This document shows positions 9,548-19,356 of a stretch of 64,000 bases of DNA, one piece after another. Position 1 is the first letter of the stretch; the number at the start of each line of letters is the position of its first letter. The translations under genes and the position numbers were made by a program. The notes beneath the pieces are model-generated. The model did no database searches. It worked only from the letters and a program-made list of their open reading frames with translations, and was not told where the DNA came from. The DNA is from an uncultured Desulfatitalea sp. (GTDB lineage: Bacteria > Desulfobacterota > Desulfobacteria > Desulfobacterales > Desulfosarcinaceae), in the NCBI GenBank assembly GCA_963668675.2, contig CAXXMB010000002.1, forward strand, positions 448,001-512,000, in the 5' to 3' direction.

Positions 9548-10204
9548 CTACTTTGACCGATATTCGTCAAAGCGGGCCATGAACTCCTTTGCAGGCAAGG
9601 CGCCCTCCCGCAGCATGGTCGGTTTCAGTCCGGTAATGTCGGCGACGGTCGAACCCGGGCCGCCGGCCAGTGGGCCGGCGTCGAGCACCAGGTCGACTGC
9701 ATCGAGAACGACCTTGTCGATCTGGTCGATCCTTGCACATCCGCCGGTGCCTGAGATGTTGGCGCTGGTTCCGGTGAGGGGCGTTCCCAGCCGGCGTACG
9801 AGGGCGGCCGCCACGGGGTGACGGACCCAGCGCACGCCTACCTTGTGGCTGCCGCCGGTCAACCGTGGAGGGATGCCGGGACGAGCCGGTACGATGAAGG
9901 TGACGCCGCCCGGCCAGAAATGGTTCATCAGTTTGCGACCGGCCGGAGTGATTTCTCCGGAGACGCTGTCGAGCATCTCCATGCTGTCGATGAGGACGAG
10001 CAATGCTTTTTGGGTGTCGCGGCGTTTGATCCGGTAGATCCTGTCCAATGCGCCGGGGTTGAAGGCATCGGCCGCCAATCCGTAGAGGCCGGAGGTAGGG
10101 ATGATCACCACCCCGCCCTGACGAATCAGGGCGGCGGCGGTGGCGATGATTTCTTCGTCGGGATGGCGGGCATCCACGGTGACGATGTTAGCGGTAGACT
10201 TCAA
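9548..10204 (-). CDS. tsaC: L-threonylcarbamoyladenylate synthase (YrdC/Sua5)
   Basis: PTSGLYGLAA, IYRIKRR, FWPG, TGTSANISG, STVAD. Confidence 0.9.
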   Translation of the reverse strand: MKSTANIVTVDARHPDEEIIATAAALIRQGGVVIIPTSGLYGLAADAFNPGALDRIYRIKRRDTQKALLVLIDSMEMLDSVSGEITPAGRKLMNHFWPGGVTFIVPARPGIPPRLTGGSHKVGVRWVRHPVAAALVRRLGTPLTGTSANISGTGGCARIDQIDKVVLDAVDLVLDAGPLAGGPGSTVADITGLKPTMLREGALPAKEFMARFDEYRSK

Positions 10205-11960
10205 GGCGTTTGGCTTTGCGCTCGACCTCTGCGGCCATCTGCTGTTTGTATTCGGCCAGCAGGGCAGCCAGTTCGGGGTTGCTGACGGCCAGGATCTGAA
10301 CGGCCAGGATGCCGGCGTTCTTGGCGCCCGGTTTGCCTACGGCCAAGGTGGCCACGGGGATGCCCGGGGGCATCTGCACGGTGGAGAGCAGCGCGTCGAG
10401 GCCTTGCAGGCTGGATGAGTCGATGGGCACGCCGATGACCGGCAGTGAGGTCTGGGCGGCCATGGCCCCGGCCAGATGGGCGGCGTGGCCTGCGCCGGCG
10501 ATGATTACCTTGATGCCGCGTTCGGCGGCTGTAGAAGCAAATTGGGCCGCGCGCTCGGGGGTGCGGTGGGCCGATGCGACGGTCATCTCAAAGGGGACGC
10601 CGAACTTCTTGAGCATGGCCACGGCGCCCTCCATCACCGGCAGGTCCGAGTCGCTGCCCATGACGATGCCCACCTGGGGCTTGACCTGGAAGCGCCTCAG
10701 GGCCTTGAGGCCGATGTCCTTACGGTAGTGGGCGTTTTGCCAGCTGATCTTGGCCACGGCCTGGTACGCCTTTTCGATGGCCTTTTCGACATTGTCGCCC
10801 AGGGCGGTCACGCCCAGCACCCGGCCGCCGTTGGCAACGATGGTTTTGCCTTTCTTATCGGTACCGGCATGGAAAACGACCACATCCTTCATGCGCTTGA
10901 CCTTGTCCAGGCCGCTGATGGGCAGGCCCTTCTTGTACTTGCCGGGATAACCGCCGGCGGCCATCACCACACAGACCGTGGCGCGAGGGTCGATGTCGAG
11001 TTGGCAGCGGTCCAGGCGCTCGTCGATGATCGCCTCCATGATGGGAACCAGGTCGCTCTTGAGACGCATGAGCAGGGGCTGGGCTTCGGGGTCGCCGAAG
11101 CGGCCGTTGAATTCGAGCACCTTGATGCGGTCGCGATCGATCATCAGGCCGGCGTAGAGGACGCCTTTGTAGGGCCGGCCTTCGGCGGCCATGCCGCGCA
11201 CGGTGGGCAGCATCACCTCTTTCATCACTTTGTCGTGCATGAACTGGTCGACCACCGGGGCGGGGGTGTAGGCGCCCATGCCGCCGGTGTTGAGTCCTTT
11301 GTCGTCGTCGAAGACCGGTTTGTGGTCCTGGGAGGTGGGCAGGGGCAGGACGGTCTTGCCATCGGTGAAGGCGAGGAAGGAGGCCTCTTCGCCCACCAGA
11401 CACTCCTCGACCACCACCTGTTTGCCGGCGTCGCCGAAATCTTTGTCGATCATGATCTGCTTTAGGGCGGCGATGGCCTTGGCCACGGTGTCGCAGACGA
11501 TGACGCCCTTGCCGGCGGCCAGTCCGTCGGCTTTGACCACGATGGGAGCGCCCACTTTCTTGATGTAGGCTTCGGCCTTTTTATAGGTGGTGAAGGCCTC
11601 GCCCTCGGCCGTGGGCACACCGTATTTGGTCATGATGTGCTTGGCAAACGATTTGCTGGCTTCGATGGCGGCCGCTTTCTGGCTGGCGCCGAAGATCCGC
11701 AACCCCTCCTGCTCGAAGCGGTCGACGATCCCCATGGAGAGGGGGTCTTCGGGGCCGACCACGGTGAGGTCGATCTTTTTCTGGCGCGCGAAGGCCAGCA
11801 GTTGGTCCAGGTCCCCGGCGCTGATGGGCACGCACTCGGCCAGCTCGGAGATGCCGGCGTTGCCCGGTGCGCAGTAGATCTTCTTTACCAGCGGGCTTTG
11901 ATGAATTTTCCAAACCATTGCATGTTCGCGTCCGCCGCCGCCGACCACCAATACTTTCAT
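10188..11960 (-). CDS. purD: Fused phosphoribosylamine-glycine ligase / N5-CAIR mutase
   Basis: PurD motifs GGGGREHA, KADGLAAGKGV, NTGGMGAY, RFGDPE; C-terminal PurE motifs IVMGSDSD, SAHRTP, AGAGHAAHL, VQMPPGIPVAT. Confidence 0.95.
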   Translation of the reverse strand: MKVLVVGGGGREHAMVWKIHQSPLVKKIYCAPGNAGISELAECVPISAGDLDQLLAFARQKKIDLTVVGPEDPLSMGIVDRFEQEGLRIFGASQKAAAIEASKSFAKHIMTKYGVPTAEGEAFTTYKKAEAYIKKVGAPIVVKADGLAAGKGVIVCDTVAKAIAALKQIMIDKDFGDAGKQVVVEECLVGEEASFLAFTDGKTVLPLPTSQDHKPVFDDDKGLNTGGMGAYTPAPVVDQFMHDKVMKEVMLPTVRGMAAEGRPYKGVLYAGLMIDRDRIKVLEFNGRFGDPEAQPLLMRLKSDLVPIMEAIIDERLDRCQLDIDPRATVCVVMAAGGYPGKYKKGLPISGLDKVKRMKDVVVFHAGTDKKGKTIVANGGRVLGVTALGDNVEKAIEKAYQAVAKISWQNAHYRKDIGLKALRRFQVKPQVGIVMGSDSDLPVMEGAVAMLKKFGVPFEMTVASAHRTPERAAQFASTAAERGIKVIIAGAGHAAHLAGAMAAQTSLPVIGVPIDSSSLQGLDALLSTVQMPPGIPVATLAVGKPGAKNAGILAVQILAVSNPELAALLAEYKQQMAAEVERKAKRLEVYR

Positions 11961-12049
11961 CGTCTACCTCCCCTTTTGGCTATTGAGATATGTTTCGGCC
12001 GTTATTTGTAACACGTTGTCATTTTTATAGGGTGTTTGTGCCACATTGC

Positions 12050-12075
12050 CGGGCGGGCGTAAAGCCCGCCCCTAC
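12050..12075. repeat. GTAG-family REP element (single)
   Basis: CGGGCGGGCGTAAAGCCCGCCCCTAC; identical copy at 44697. Confidence 0.8.
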
Positions 12076-12169
12076 GAGGTCCAAACACTATAGCGTGACT
12101 ATTAACGTCATAGTTGATATCTGAACGCAGATTGAAACGCTTGCTGAGCCAATATCTATAAAGAGCGAT

Positions 12170-12919
12170 CTATGCCGATTCCACTACCAGTTTTTCCAAA
12201 TGGTCCTGCTTCATTTTGGCCAGCTCGGTGCCCGAGACGGTCGCACCATGAAGACCGCCTTTGAGGCTCAGTTCGGAGAGATAGGTCTTGCCGTCCCGGG
12301 TGATCATCAGATCGATGTGGGCGTAGGGCATCTGTGCCCGGGTCATGATCTCCATGCAGAGCGTTTTCTGTTCTGCACTCAGTGTGTGGGGCCGGCTCTC
12401 ACCGCCGGTGGCCAGGTTCATGCGGAAGCCGTGGGGGTTGCTGCGCGCATAGGCCTCCCAGTAGTCGCCCACCGCGATGATGCGCAGGTCCGTTTCGATC
12501 TCTATAAACGGCTGCAGTACGAACGGGTAGTGACGGTCATCCAGGGTGAGGCAGTTGTACAGGGTCTCGAGTTGATCCCACTTGCGCACCCCGTGGCCAC
12601 AGTGCTGGTGTTCGGACTTGGTGACCGCGGTTGTGATGCCATTGCGCTGGTAGTCGATGATGGCATCGAGCAGCGCCTTGCGCCGATGGATCACGCGTGT
12701 GTCGGGGGCCATCCAGCGTTTGAGTACGAATGCCTGGGCCGATTTGGAGGCGCTCAATGTCTGGGCGTTGGCCGACGGCAGCAGCCGCACGCCGCGCGCA
12801 GCCAGGTCGATCATGATGGCCGATTTCAAATAGGTCGACGGCACCTGGCCCAAAAACAGATCGCCGGGGCCTAGGTCGTCGAACACCTGGGTTAACTCAC
12901 TGAATCGTTTAATGATCAT
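12170..12919 (-). CDS. RimK-like ATP-grasp protein
   Basis: SKSAQ, VTKSEHQHCGHGV, VLQPFI...DLRIIAVG, FRMNLATGG, HIDLM...YLSE. Confidence 0.75.
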   Translation of the reverse strand: MIIKRFSELTQVFDDLGPGDLFLGQVPSTYLKSAIMIDLAARGVRLLPSANAQTLSASKSAQAFVLKRWMAPDTRVIHRRKALLDAIIDYQRNGITTAVTKSEHQHCGHGVRKWDQLETLYNCLTLDDRHYPFVLQPFIEIETDLRIIAVGDYWEAYARSNPHGFRMNLATGGESRPHTLSAEQKTLCMEIMTRAQMPYAHIDLMITRDGKTYLSELSLKGGLHGATVSGTELAKMKQDHLEKLVVESA

Positions 12920-12925
12920 ATCGTT

Positions 12926-13864
12926 TTATCGATTATGGTGGGCTTGAATGCCAAGTTCGATCAGTTGATCGAGCAGTTGGCCGAATGAGATGCCCGCCGT
13001 TTGAGCGGCCTGGGGGAACAGGCTGGTGGGTGTCATACCAGGTATCGTATTGGTTTCCAACACAAAAAATTGGTCGCCGCGCAGCATCATGTCGGTGCGG
13101 CTGTAACCTTTGCAAAAGAGCGCCTGGTGGGCGCGTCGGGCGTAGGATTGGGCCTTTTCGGTCAGTTCCGGGCTGATGCGGGCCGGACAGATCTCCTGGG
13201 TTTCGCCGGCGACGTACTTGGCCTGGTAATCGAAAAAGGGGTGGCGCTTGTCCGGAATGATCTCGATGAGCGGAAGGGCCTGGGGATCGTCATTACCCAG
13301 CACGCTGCCGGTGATCTCGACACCTTCGATGAAGCCCTCGATCAGGGCGGAGGCGTCCTGCTCCAGAGCGGTTTCGATGGCCTGGGGCAACTCTTCTGCC
13401 GTGTGGACGATGCTCATACCGATGCTTGAGCCGCCGGCCACCGGCTTGACCACCAGGGGCAGCCCCAGTCTCTCAATGATCTGATCGATCGGTTCGCCAC
13501 TGGACCGGCTCACCACGGCGTATGGCGGCACCGGGAGCCCGGCGCGTTCGTAAAGTTGCTTTGCAGCCAGCTTGTTCATGCACAGGGCGCTGGCAAGAAC
13601 CCCGGCCCCCTGGTAGGGGATATCGAGCAGTTCGAGCAGCCCCTGGACGGTACCGTCTTCACCATAGGGGCCGTGCAGGATGATCAAAGCGGCGTCGATC
13701 TGATCCGCTTCGCTGACGAGCCGGGGAAGATCGGTCTGGGGATCGTAGCGCCGCACGTCGTATTTCTCTTTGTCGAGCGCCTGGAAAACCTGTTCGCCGC
13801 TTTTGAGGGATACGTCTCTTTCAGAGGAGATGCCGCCGCTGAGCAGAGCGATACTCTTTTTCAT
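12926..13864 (-). CDS. ddl: D-alanine--D-alanine ligase
   Basis: GGISSERDVSLKSG, LHGPYGEDG, GSSIG, FDYQAKY, ETNTIPGMT. Confidence 0.95.
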   Translation of the reverse strand: MKKSIALLSGGISSERDVSLKSGEQVFQALDKEKYDVRRYDPQTDLPRLVSEADQIDAALIILHGPYGEDGTVQGLLELLDIPYQGAGVLASALCMNKLAAKQLYERAGLPVPPYAVVSRSSGEPIDQIIERLGLPLVVKPVAGGSSIGMSIVHTAEELPQAIETALEQDASALIEGFIEGVEITGSVLGNDDPQALPLIEIIPDKRHPFFDYQAKYVAGETQEICPARISPELTEKAQSYARRAHQALFCKGYSRTDMMLRGDQFFVLETNTIPGMTPTSLFPQAAQTAGISFGQLLDQLIELGIQAHHNR

Positions 13865-13904
13865 GGGAGTCCTTCTTTGTAGAAGTTATGCAAAGCTACA
13901 AAAA

Positions 13905-14408
13905 CTACAAATCGATCGGTTCATCGCGGCCCAGCACGCGCCGCTTGGCACTGGCAAACTCTTCGGGGGTGATCAAATTCTTCTCGAGCAGCTGGGCCAG
14001 CTCCTTGATCTCCCGAATGCACTTCTCTTCGGGGCCTTCGAGGGCCAGGGGCGTTTGGCCGTTGCCCGCCTCGATGGCCGGCGGCTGGGTAGGCGCCCCT
14101 AGCCGGAGGGAGGCCATACCGCCCAGAAAGCTCACCTCCATGGAGCGGCCCTGGAACATGGGCGACTGCATCGCCTCTTTCAGAGAGCGCCCCTCTTTGC
14201 GCAGTTTGCGGTAGAAGAGATAGGCCGAAAGGGCGACCAGGCCCATACCGGCGATCACGATCCAGAAGAGATACTGCACCATACCACCGAAAAAAAGCAC
14301 CAGCAAGCCGAGACCGGCCAGCAGCAGCACATGCAGGATGAGAATGGTATAGGCCAGTATAATGCTTTTGAACAGACCTTCACGGTTGTTTTTGCTTGTT
14401 GTAGACAT
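13905..14408 (-). CDS. Membrane protein with C-terminal SHOCT-like domain
   Basis: Two TM helices; IKELAQLLEKNLITPEEFASAKRRVL. Confidence 0.75.
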   Translation of the reverse strand: MSTTSKNNREGLFKSIILAYTILILHVLLLAGLGLLVLFFGGMVQYLFWIVIAGMGLVALSAYLFYRKLRKEGRSLKEAMQSPMFQGRSMEVSFLGGMASLRLGAPTQPPAIEAGNGQTPLALEGPEEKCIREIKELAQLLEKNLITPEEFASAKRRVLGRDEPIDL

Positions 14409-14444
14409 CTTCTCACTTACTGCCGGAACGGACTATCGGCAGGA

Positions 14445-14837
14445 TCAGCGTCTCTTTTGTTCCGCTTTGGAGGCCAAGCGCTCGGTGACGCCCGAGATGT
14501 ATTGCTGGGGGAGATCGTACTGGACGTTGCCCTGGCGTGTCATGTTCAGTTTCATGATCAGGTAGTTGAGTTTTTTCAGCGTGGTATAGCGAGCCGCCGT
14601 GTCGGGCATCTGGGCCAGCAGCTCTTCGGTGCGATGGATCTCCTTCTTGATCTCGATCTCCGGCGGAAGGCAGTCGGCATTCTTCAAAATCTTGTAAGCA
14701 AGGCGCAGATCCTCAGGGATATGGCTGTCCTGGGCAAGATTGAGTGGTTGCCCGGCCCCATGGAGATTGTTGAACACCCCCTTCTCCTGAGCCTTTCGGA
14801 TGCGCTCCTCCACGATCTTTTCAAATCCGGTAATCAT
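14445..14837 (-). CDS. DUF1992 (DnaJ-associated) family protein
   Basis: IVEERIRKAQEKGVFNNLHGAGQPL...LRLAYKILKNADCLPPE. Confidence 0.85.
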   Translation of the reverse strand: MITGFEKIVEERIRKAQEKGVFNNLHGAGQPLNLAQDSHIPEDLRLAYKILKNADCLPPEIEIKKEIHRTEELLAQMPDTAARYTTLKKLNYLIMKLNMTRQGNVQYDLPQQYISGVTERLASKAEQKRR

Positions 14838-15016
14838 ATGCTCCTCAAAAGCGACCTGCGGATGCCCGCGCGCCTCTGTCTGTTAAAAAGTGGAATATAA
14901 TACATTGGATTCGCGATTTTCAAGGTCTATTCATTTGCATTTAAAAATTTGACAGTGAGGGGTCTTGGTGCTAGTTTGCTTCAGCCTTTTTTATAGAAGC
15001 GAGGTCCATTGAACTG

Positions 15017-15355
15017 ATGAGCAACGAATCAACTTCGAACAGAAAATCGCGAGAGCACGACCGGCGTACCGCTTACATCATTGCTGAATATACGGTAAAA
15101 GAGGGCGTGTTCCGCGATATCATCAAAAATATCGGGCCGAACGGTATCTTCATAGGCACCCGGCGGGCGATCGATGAAGACCAGGAGATTGTCCTGAGAT
15201 TTCCGCTTTTCAACTTCGATCACCAGATAGAGGTGAAGGGCCGCGTCACGCGAAGCGGGCCGCACGGTTTCGCGGTGGCACTCGGCGAACCTTTGGACGG
15301 GCTGATCCGGGAAGATGGACATCTATCTGATATCGTTCATGAAATAGACCGATAA
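15017..15355 (+). CDS. PilZ domain protein (c-di-GMP binding)
   Basis: RxxxR (REHDR) and NIGPNGIFI (D/NxSxxG-like) motifs. Confidence 0.75.
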   Translation: MSNESTSNRKSREHDRRTAYIIAEYTVKEGVFRDIIKNIGPNGIFIGTRRAIDEDQEIVLRFPLFNFDHQIEVKGRVTRSGPHGFAVALGEPLDGLIREDGHLSDIVHEIDR

Positions 15356-15370
15356 CCCACCAAGATGGAT

Positions 15371-16243
15371 TCAAGCCTTCGACCGGTAAAACGTTTGCAG
15401 GATCCGAGCGGTTTCGGACGGCCTCTCCATGGGGACGAGATGGCCGGCGCCTTCGACCTCAAGGTAGGCCCCTTCGGGTATCAGGCTGGCGATACGCTTC
15501 AGATCGATAAACGGCTTGTTCTCACTGCGCTCCCCCTCCACGACCAGCACCGGGCCCTCCACTCTGGCCAGCTCCGGCCACGGATCGTGCTGCAGGCTGC
15601 CCATGAAGAGCGCCGCTTCACGGCCCGGCGGGCAGGTGAGGCTGACGCCGTCTCCGTTGTTAGCGGTGATGCCGTGTTCGATATAGAGTGATAACACCTC
15701 TTCATCCCACGACTGGAAAAAGGGTTTACCCCTCCAATCGTCCCGCACCTCTTCGCGGTCGCGCCAGCTGTTGCGCCGCTTGATCGCTTTTGCGGCCATG
15801 GGGTGCTCCTCGGCGGCAATCTGCAGCCCGTACATCTCCTGGGGCAGAAAGATCGGTTCGATGAGCACCATCTTCTTCACGGGCAGGCCATGAAGGGTGT
15901 GGGCCAGGGTTGCCACGGCCGCCCCCATGGAGTGACCGACCAGCAGGGGGCGCTCCAGTTGCAGCCGGTCGCACAACAGTTTCATGTCGCCACCCAGGTC
16001 GCGCCACCCCAACCAGGCCTTGTCGGAATCGACGCAGCGGTAGTTGCACAGGTAGGGGGCGATCACCCGGTACGTTCGGGAGAGGTCGCGAGCAATGGGG
16101 TGCCACAGCCAGGGCATGAAGCCGGTGGCGTGCAGCATCAGCAGCGGCGGGCCGTCGCCGCCATAGTCCAGATATTCAATCTCCATATCGCCAATGGATT
16201 GGTGTCGCAGGGTGGGGTGTATCATCTTTCCGTTCTTCTCCAT
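15371..16243 (-). CDS. Alpha/beta hydrolase
   Basis: LHATGF, GHSMGA nucleophile motif, GAGHLVPME. Confidence 0.88.
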   Translation of the reverse strand: MEKNGKMIHPTLRHQSIGDMEIEYLDYGGDGPPLLMLHATGFMPWLWHPIARDLSRTYRVIAPYLCNYRCVDSDKAWLGWRDLGGDMKLLCDRLQLERPLLVGHSMGAAVATLAHTLHGLPVKKMVLIEPIFLPQEMYGLQIAAEEHPMAAKAIKRRNSWRDREEVRDDWRGKPFFQSWDEEVLSLYIEHGITANNGDGVSLTCPPGREAALFMGSLQHDPWPELARVEGPVLVVEGERSENKPFIDLKRIASLIPEGAYLEVEGAGHLVPMERPSETARILQTFYRSKA

Positions 16244-16281
16244 TCATTTGACATATCTGCTTTAACCGTCAGCAGATGTTA

Positions 16282-16363
16282 CGGGCGGGCAAAAAGCCCG
16301 CCCCTACAATTTGGTGCATTTTGTTGTAACGACCTTCATAGGAGCGGGCTTCATGACCGCCCG
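16282..16363. repeat. Inverted REP doublet (REPIN)
   Basis: CGGGCGGGCAAAAAGCCCGCCCCTAC (16282-16307) and ATAGGAGCGGGCTTCATGACCGCCCG (16338-16363). Confidence 0.75.
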
Positions 16364-16429
16364 AACAGATCACGCCAATAGCTTGTTGCGCCCTTGTTAT
16401 GCCATGGTTACGCCTTGGTTAAGAATAGA

Positions 16430-17137
16430 TCAATGGGGATTGCGGCCTTTGTACTCTTCAGCTTCCCGCGATTCAAGCGTCTGCCATAACTCCCGGGCCG
16501 CTTCATATCCCGGATCACCGACCTTGATCTGACGCAGCTGCCGGCGGGCGTGTTCCCAACGGCTCTGGTTCAAATAGAGGCGGATCAGCGATAGGCGCGC
16601 CTCCGTATGTGTGCTGTCCAGGCGCAGAGTAGCGAGCAGGGCCGCTTCGGCTTCCGCCTCACGACCGGCCAGTTGGTTCGTCACCCCCAGACCGAAGAAG
16701 TTGTCGGGGTTATCTGGATCCAACTGCGTGGCCCGGTTGAGCGTCTTTACTGCCCGCTCGGTATCGCCTTGATCCGCATACGCCATTCCCAGGTTGAAGT
16801 AGAGCCGATCGTCATCGGTGTATCCGCACGTGATGGCCGCTTCGTAAAAATGGATCTCCCTGGCGCGATTGCCAAGTTGTCCCCAAATATAGCCCAGGTG
16901 GTAAAGGGCCAGGCAGTTGCCGGGCTCCGACGCGATCAGTCGCTCATGTGTCTTGCGGGCCAGCTCCCAATCGCCCTGGGCGACCGCCTCATCGGCGACC
17001 GGATCGCACTGCCGGATGGGCTTGGGGGACGGAGTCTGGGCTGCACAGGCGACCAGCAGCACCATCGACACGAGTGCCGGCAGCAGGCAAATCGATCTGC
17101 CCAGGGATAGGTGAAGTGGGGCTTTTGGGAGTAGCAT
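16430..17137 (-). CDS. TPR-repeat lipoprotein
   Basis: LVAC lipobox; TPR patterns (YHLG, YFNLGMAY, FFGLG). Confidence 0.8.
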   Translation of the reverse strand: MLLPKAPLHLSLGRSICLLPALVSMVLLVACAAQTPSPKPIRQCDPVADEAVAQGDWELARKTHERLIASEPGNCLALYHLGYIWGQLGNRAREIHFYEAAITCGYTDDDRLYFNLGMAYADQGDTERAVKTLNRATQLDPDNPDNFFGLGVTNQLAGREAEAEAALLATLRLDSTHTEARLSLIRLYLNQSRWEHARRQLRQIKVGDPGYEAARELWQTLESREAEEYKGRNPH

Positions 17138-17446
17138 CGGTTAAGTATCCTCATTGCGCCTGGCCATCTCCCGGTGCTCTTAAGAGAAGGCCGAACCGGT
17201 TATAATGGATTGAAGATAAGCCACGCAATCCAGGGCGGTCAAGGGGAAAGCAAGTGGCCTATCTGCCACAGTGACCGTGCCGCTTCAGACGCAAATGCGA
17301 TCCGACGCCACTCTCGGCGCCCTGTATATGCATCGATAGCAGTTGGGCCGGATAAGATGATTAGTGTCTATTTTTCAGTGCCTTAAAACCCATACGCAGT
17401 TATGGCAGCCGTCGGACGGTTTTCCCGGCGACCACCGAAAATAAAT

Positions 17447-17462
17447 GGGCACGCCTATTGCT
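17447..17462 (+). promoter_or_regulatory. Putative sigma54 -24/-12 promoter
   Basis: GGGCACG-CCTA-TTGCT about 90 bp upstream of the DUF3108 gene. Confidence 0.55.
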
Positions 17463-17551
17463 ACTTGCACAAGTGCGGGCGCTGTGGTTTTTTTAGGTTT
17501 TAGGTCAAACGATCGCCTCACAGGCCGCCTGGCGGCCCGCAGAGGGAGAGA

Positions 17552-18340
17552 GTGATGCATAAAAAACAGATGTTGTCCCGACACATAGCCACCTGGATCG
17601 TGTGCGCGGTGCTGTGCGCCGGCTTCGCCTCTGCGGAAGCGAATAGCGCGGGCATGCCCTTTGCGCCCGGGGAGCGGCTCGAGTATGACCTGCGCTGGGA
17701 AAATGTGCCGGCCGGCAAGGCGCGCATGGAGGTGAGCTCCATCAAAACCTTCAATGGCGAAAAGGTCTACCACTTTGTGCTGACGGCCCAATCCAACGCC
17801 TTCATCGATCTCTTCTACAAGGTACGCGACCGTATCGATGCCTATGCCGATTTGGACATGACCTGTTCACGGCACTATGAGAAGAGGCAACATGAGGGCC
17901 GTCACAAGAAAGATATCGTGGTCACCTTTGACTGGGAGAACAGCCGCGCCCGTTACTCCAGTCGCGGAAGGGCCGGTGGCGCTATTGAACTGCTGGAAGG
18001 GAGTTTCGATCCCCTCTCGGCATTCTACTTCAGCCGGACGATCGATCTGGATGTCGGGCATCAACTCGAAAGGCCCATCACGGATGGCAAGAAGAATGTC
18101 ATCGGACAGTTGAACGTGATCGGCAGGGAGACCATCACGCTCCAAAACGGCGACCGCTACGACACCTATCTGGTCGAGCCTGAGTTGAACCAGGTGAGCG
18201 GTGTGTTCAAGGAGAGCAAAGGCGCCAAGATCCGCATTTGGGTGACGGCCGACGAGCGGCGCATCCCGGTGAGGGTCATGAGCAAGGTGGTGGTGGGGCA
18301 CTTCATCGGTGAACTCATTTCGGCCGAAACCGTGCACTGA
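17552..18340 (+). CDS. DUF3108 domain exported protein
   Basis: Signal peptide; PFAPGERLEY, FYKVRD, DPLSAFY, IWVTADERRIPV. Confidence 0.8.
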   Translation: MMHKKQMLSRHIATWIVCAVLCAGFASAEANSAGMPFAPGERLEYDLRWENVPAGKARMEVSSIKTFNGEKVYHFVLTAQSNAFIDLFYKVRDRIDAYADLDMTCSRHYEKRQHEGRHKKDIVVTFDWENSRARYSSRGRAGGAIELLEGSFDPLSAFYFSRTIDLDVGHQLERPITDGKKNVIGQLNVIGRETITLQNGDRYDTYLVEPELNQVSGVFKESKGAKIRIWVTADERRIPVRVMSKVVVGHFIGELISAETVH

Positions 18341-18345
18341 CCGGT

Positions 18346-19236
18346 TCAGACGCGTCTCCCGAGGGCGCGGTTGCGAATCAAACCCTCCTGGGCCACTGTG
18401 GCCGCCAACGTTCCCTCCCGGGTGAAGATCCGCCCGAAGCTCAGCCCCCTCGCCTTACAGGCATTGGGGGTATCCATGACATAGAGCAGCCAATCGTCCA
18501 TACGAAAATCGCGGTGGAACCACATGGCGTGGTCTAAGCTGGCCACCTGCATATCCGGCTCCCAATAGGTGTGGCCATGGTGCTGCAGGGAGGCGGCCAT
18601 CAGATTGAAATCGGAGGCATAGGCCAGTAAATAGCGATGGGCGGCGCGTTCGTCGGGCATGTCGTCGATGGCCCTGAACCAGAGGTATCGCCGCGAAGGC
18701 ATCGGTTTGGGGGCAAAGGGATCGATGGGGTTCACATGGCGAAATTCGATCGGTTTTTCGCACATCATGCGGGCGCGGGTCCTGGGGGCAATCTTGTCTG
18801 CCCACTGCGCCATCTCCTCCAGCTCCGACACAAAATTCTCAGGCCCCGGCACGTCGGGCATCGCATCCTGGTGGTCAAACCCCGGTTCATCGATCTGGAA
18901 CGATGCCGACATGGAGAAGATCGCCTGCCCCTTCTGCAGCGCAACGACCCTTCGAGTGGTGAAGCTATTGCCGTCCCGAATTCGGTCGACGCTGTAGACG
19001 ATCGGCAGGGCCGGATCACCCGGGCGCATGAAGTAGGCGTGGATGCTGTGGGCGGCGCGGGCCGCCGGGACGGTGTGCGAGGCGGCGGAGAGGGCCTGGC
19101 CCAGCACCTGCCCTCCGAAAACGTTGCCGAACCCGAGGTTCTGGCTCTGTCCCCGGTAGATATTCTCTTCGATTTTCTCCAGCTTCAGGAGCGTTAAGAG
19201 CTCCTCCAACACGTTGCCGGTGCTGCATGTCGTCAT
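18346..19236 (-). CDS. tesB: Acyl-CoA thioesterase II
   Basis: VFGGQVLGQAL, RDGNSFTTRRV, YASD, ASLDHAMWFH, QEGLIR; start placed at MTTCS. Confidence 0.92.
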   Translation of the reverse strand: MTTCSTGNVLEELLTLLKLEKIEENIYRGQSQNLGFGNVFGGQVLGQALSAASHTVPAARAAHSIHAYFMRPGDPALPIVYSVDRIRDGNSFTTRRVVALQKGQAIFSMSASFQIDEPGFDHQDAMPDVPGPENFVSELEEMAQWADKIAPRTRARMMCEKPIEFRHVNPIDPFAPKPMPSRRYLWFRAIDDMPDERAAHRYLLAYASDFNLMAASLQHHGHTYWEPDMQVASLDHAMWFHRDFRMDDWLLYVMDTPNACKARGLSFGRIFTREGTLAATVAQEGLIRNRALGRRV

Positions 19237-19356
19237 GGTATGGCGCCCCCCTGTCGATGAGAGATTGGGATCTCTTGCCGTCTCTGGATGGATACGGGGA
19301 ACGAGCGGCGGATATCCTATCTTAACACGCATCACCGTTTTGGCAACATGTGGTCG

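Noticed and set aside
12926..13864. ddl as a Van-type resistance ligase
   Set aside because: The omega loop FDYQAKY is the D-Ala-D-Ala type and no van genes are nearby.
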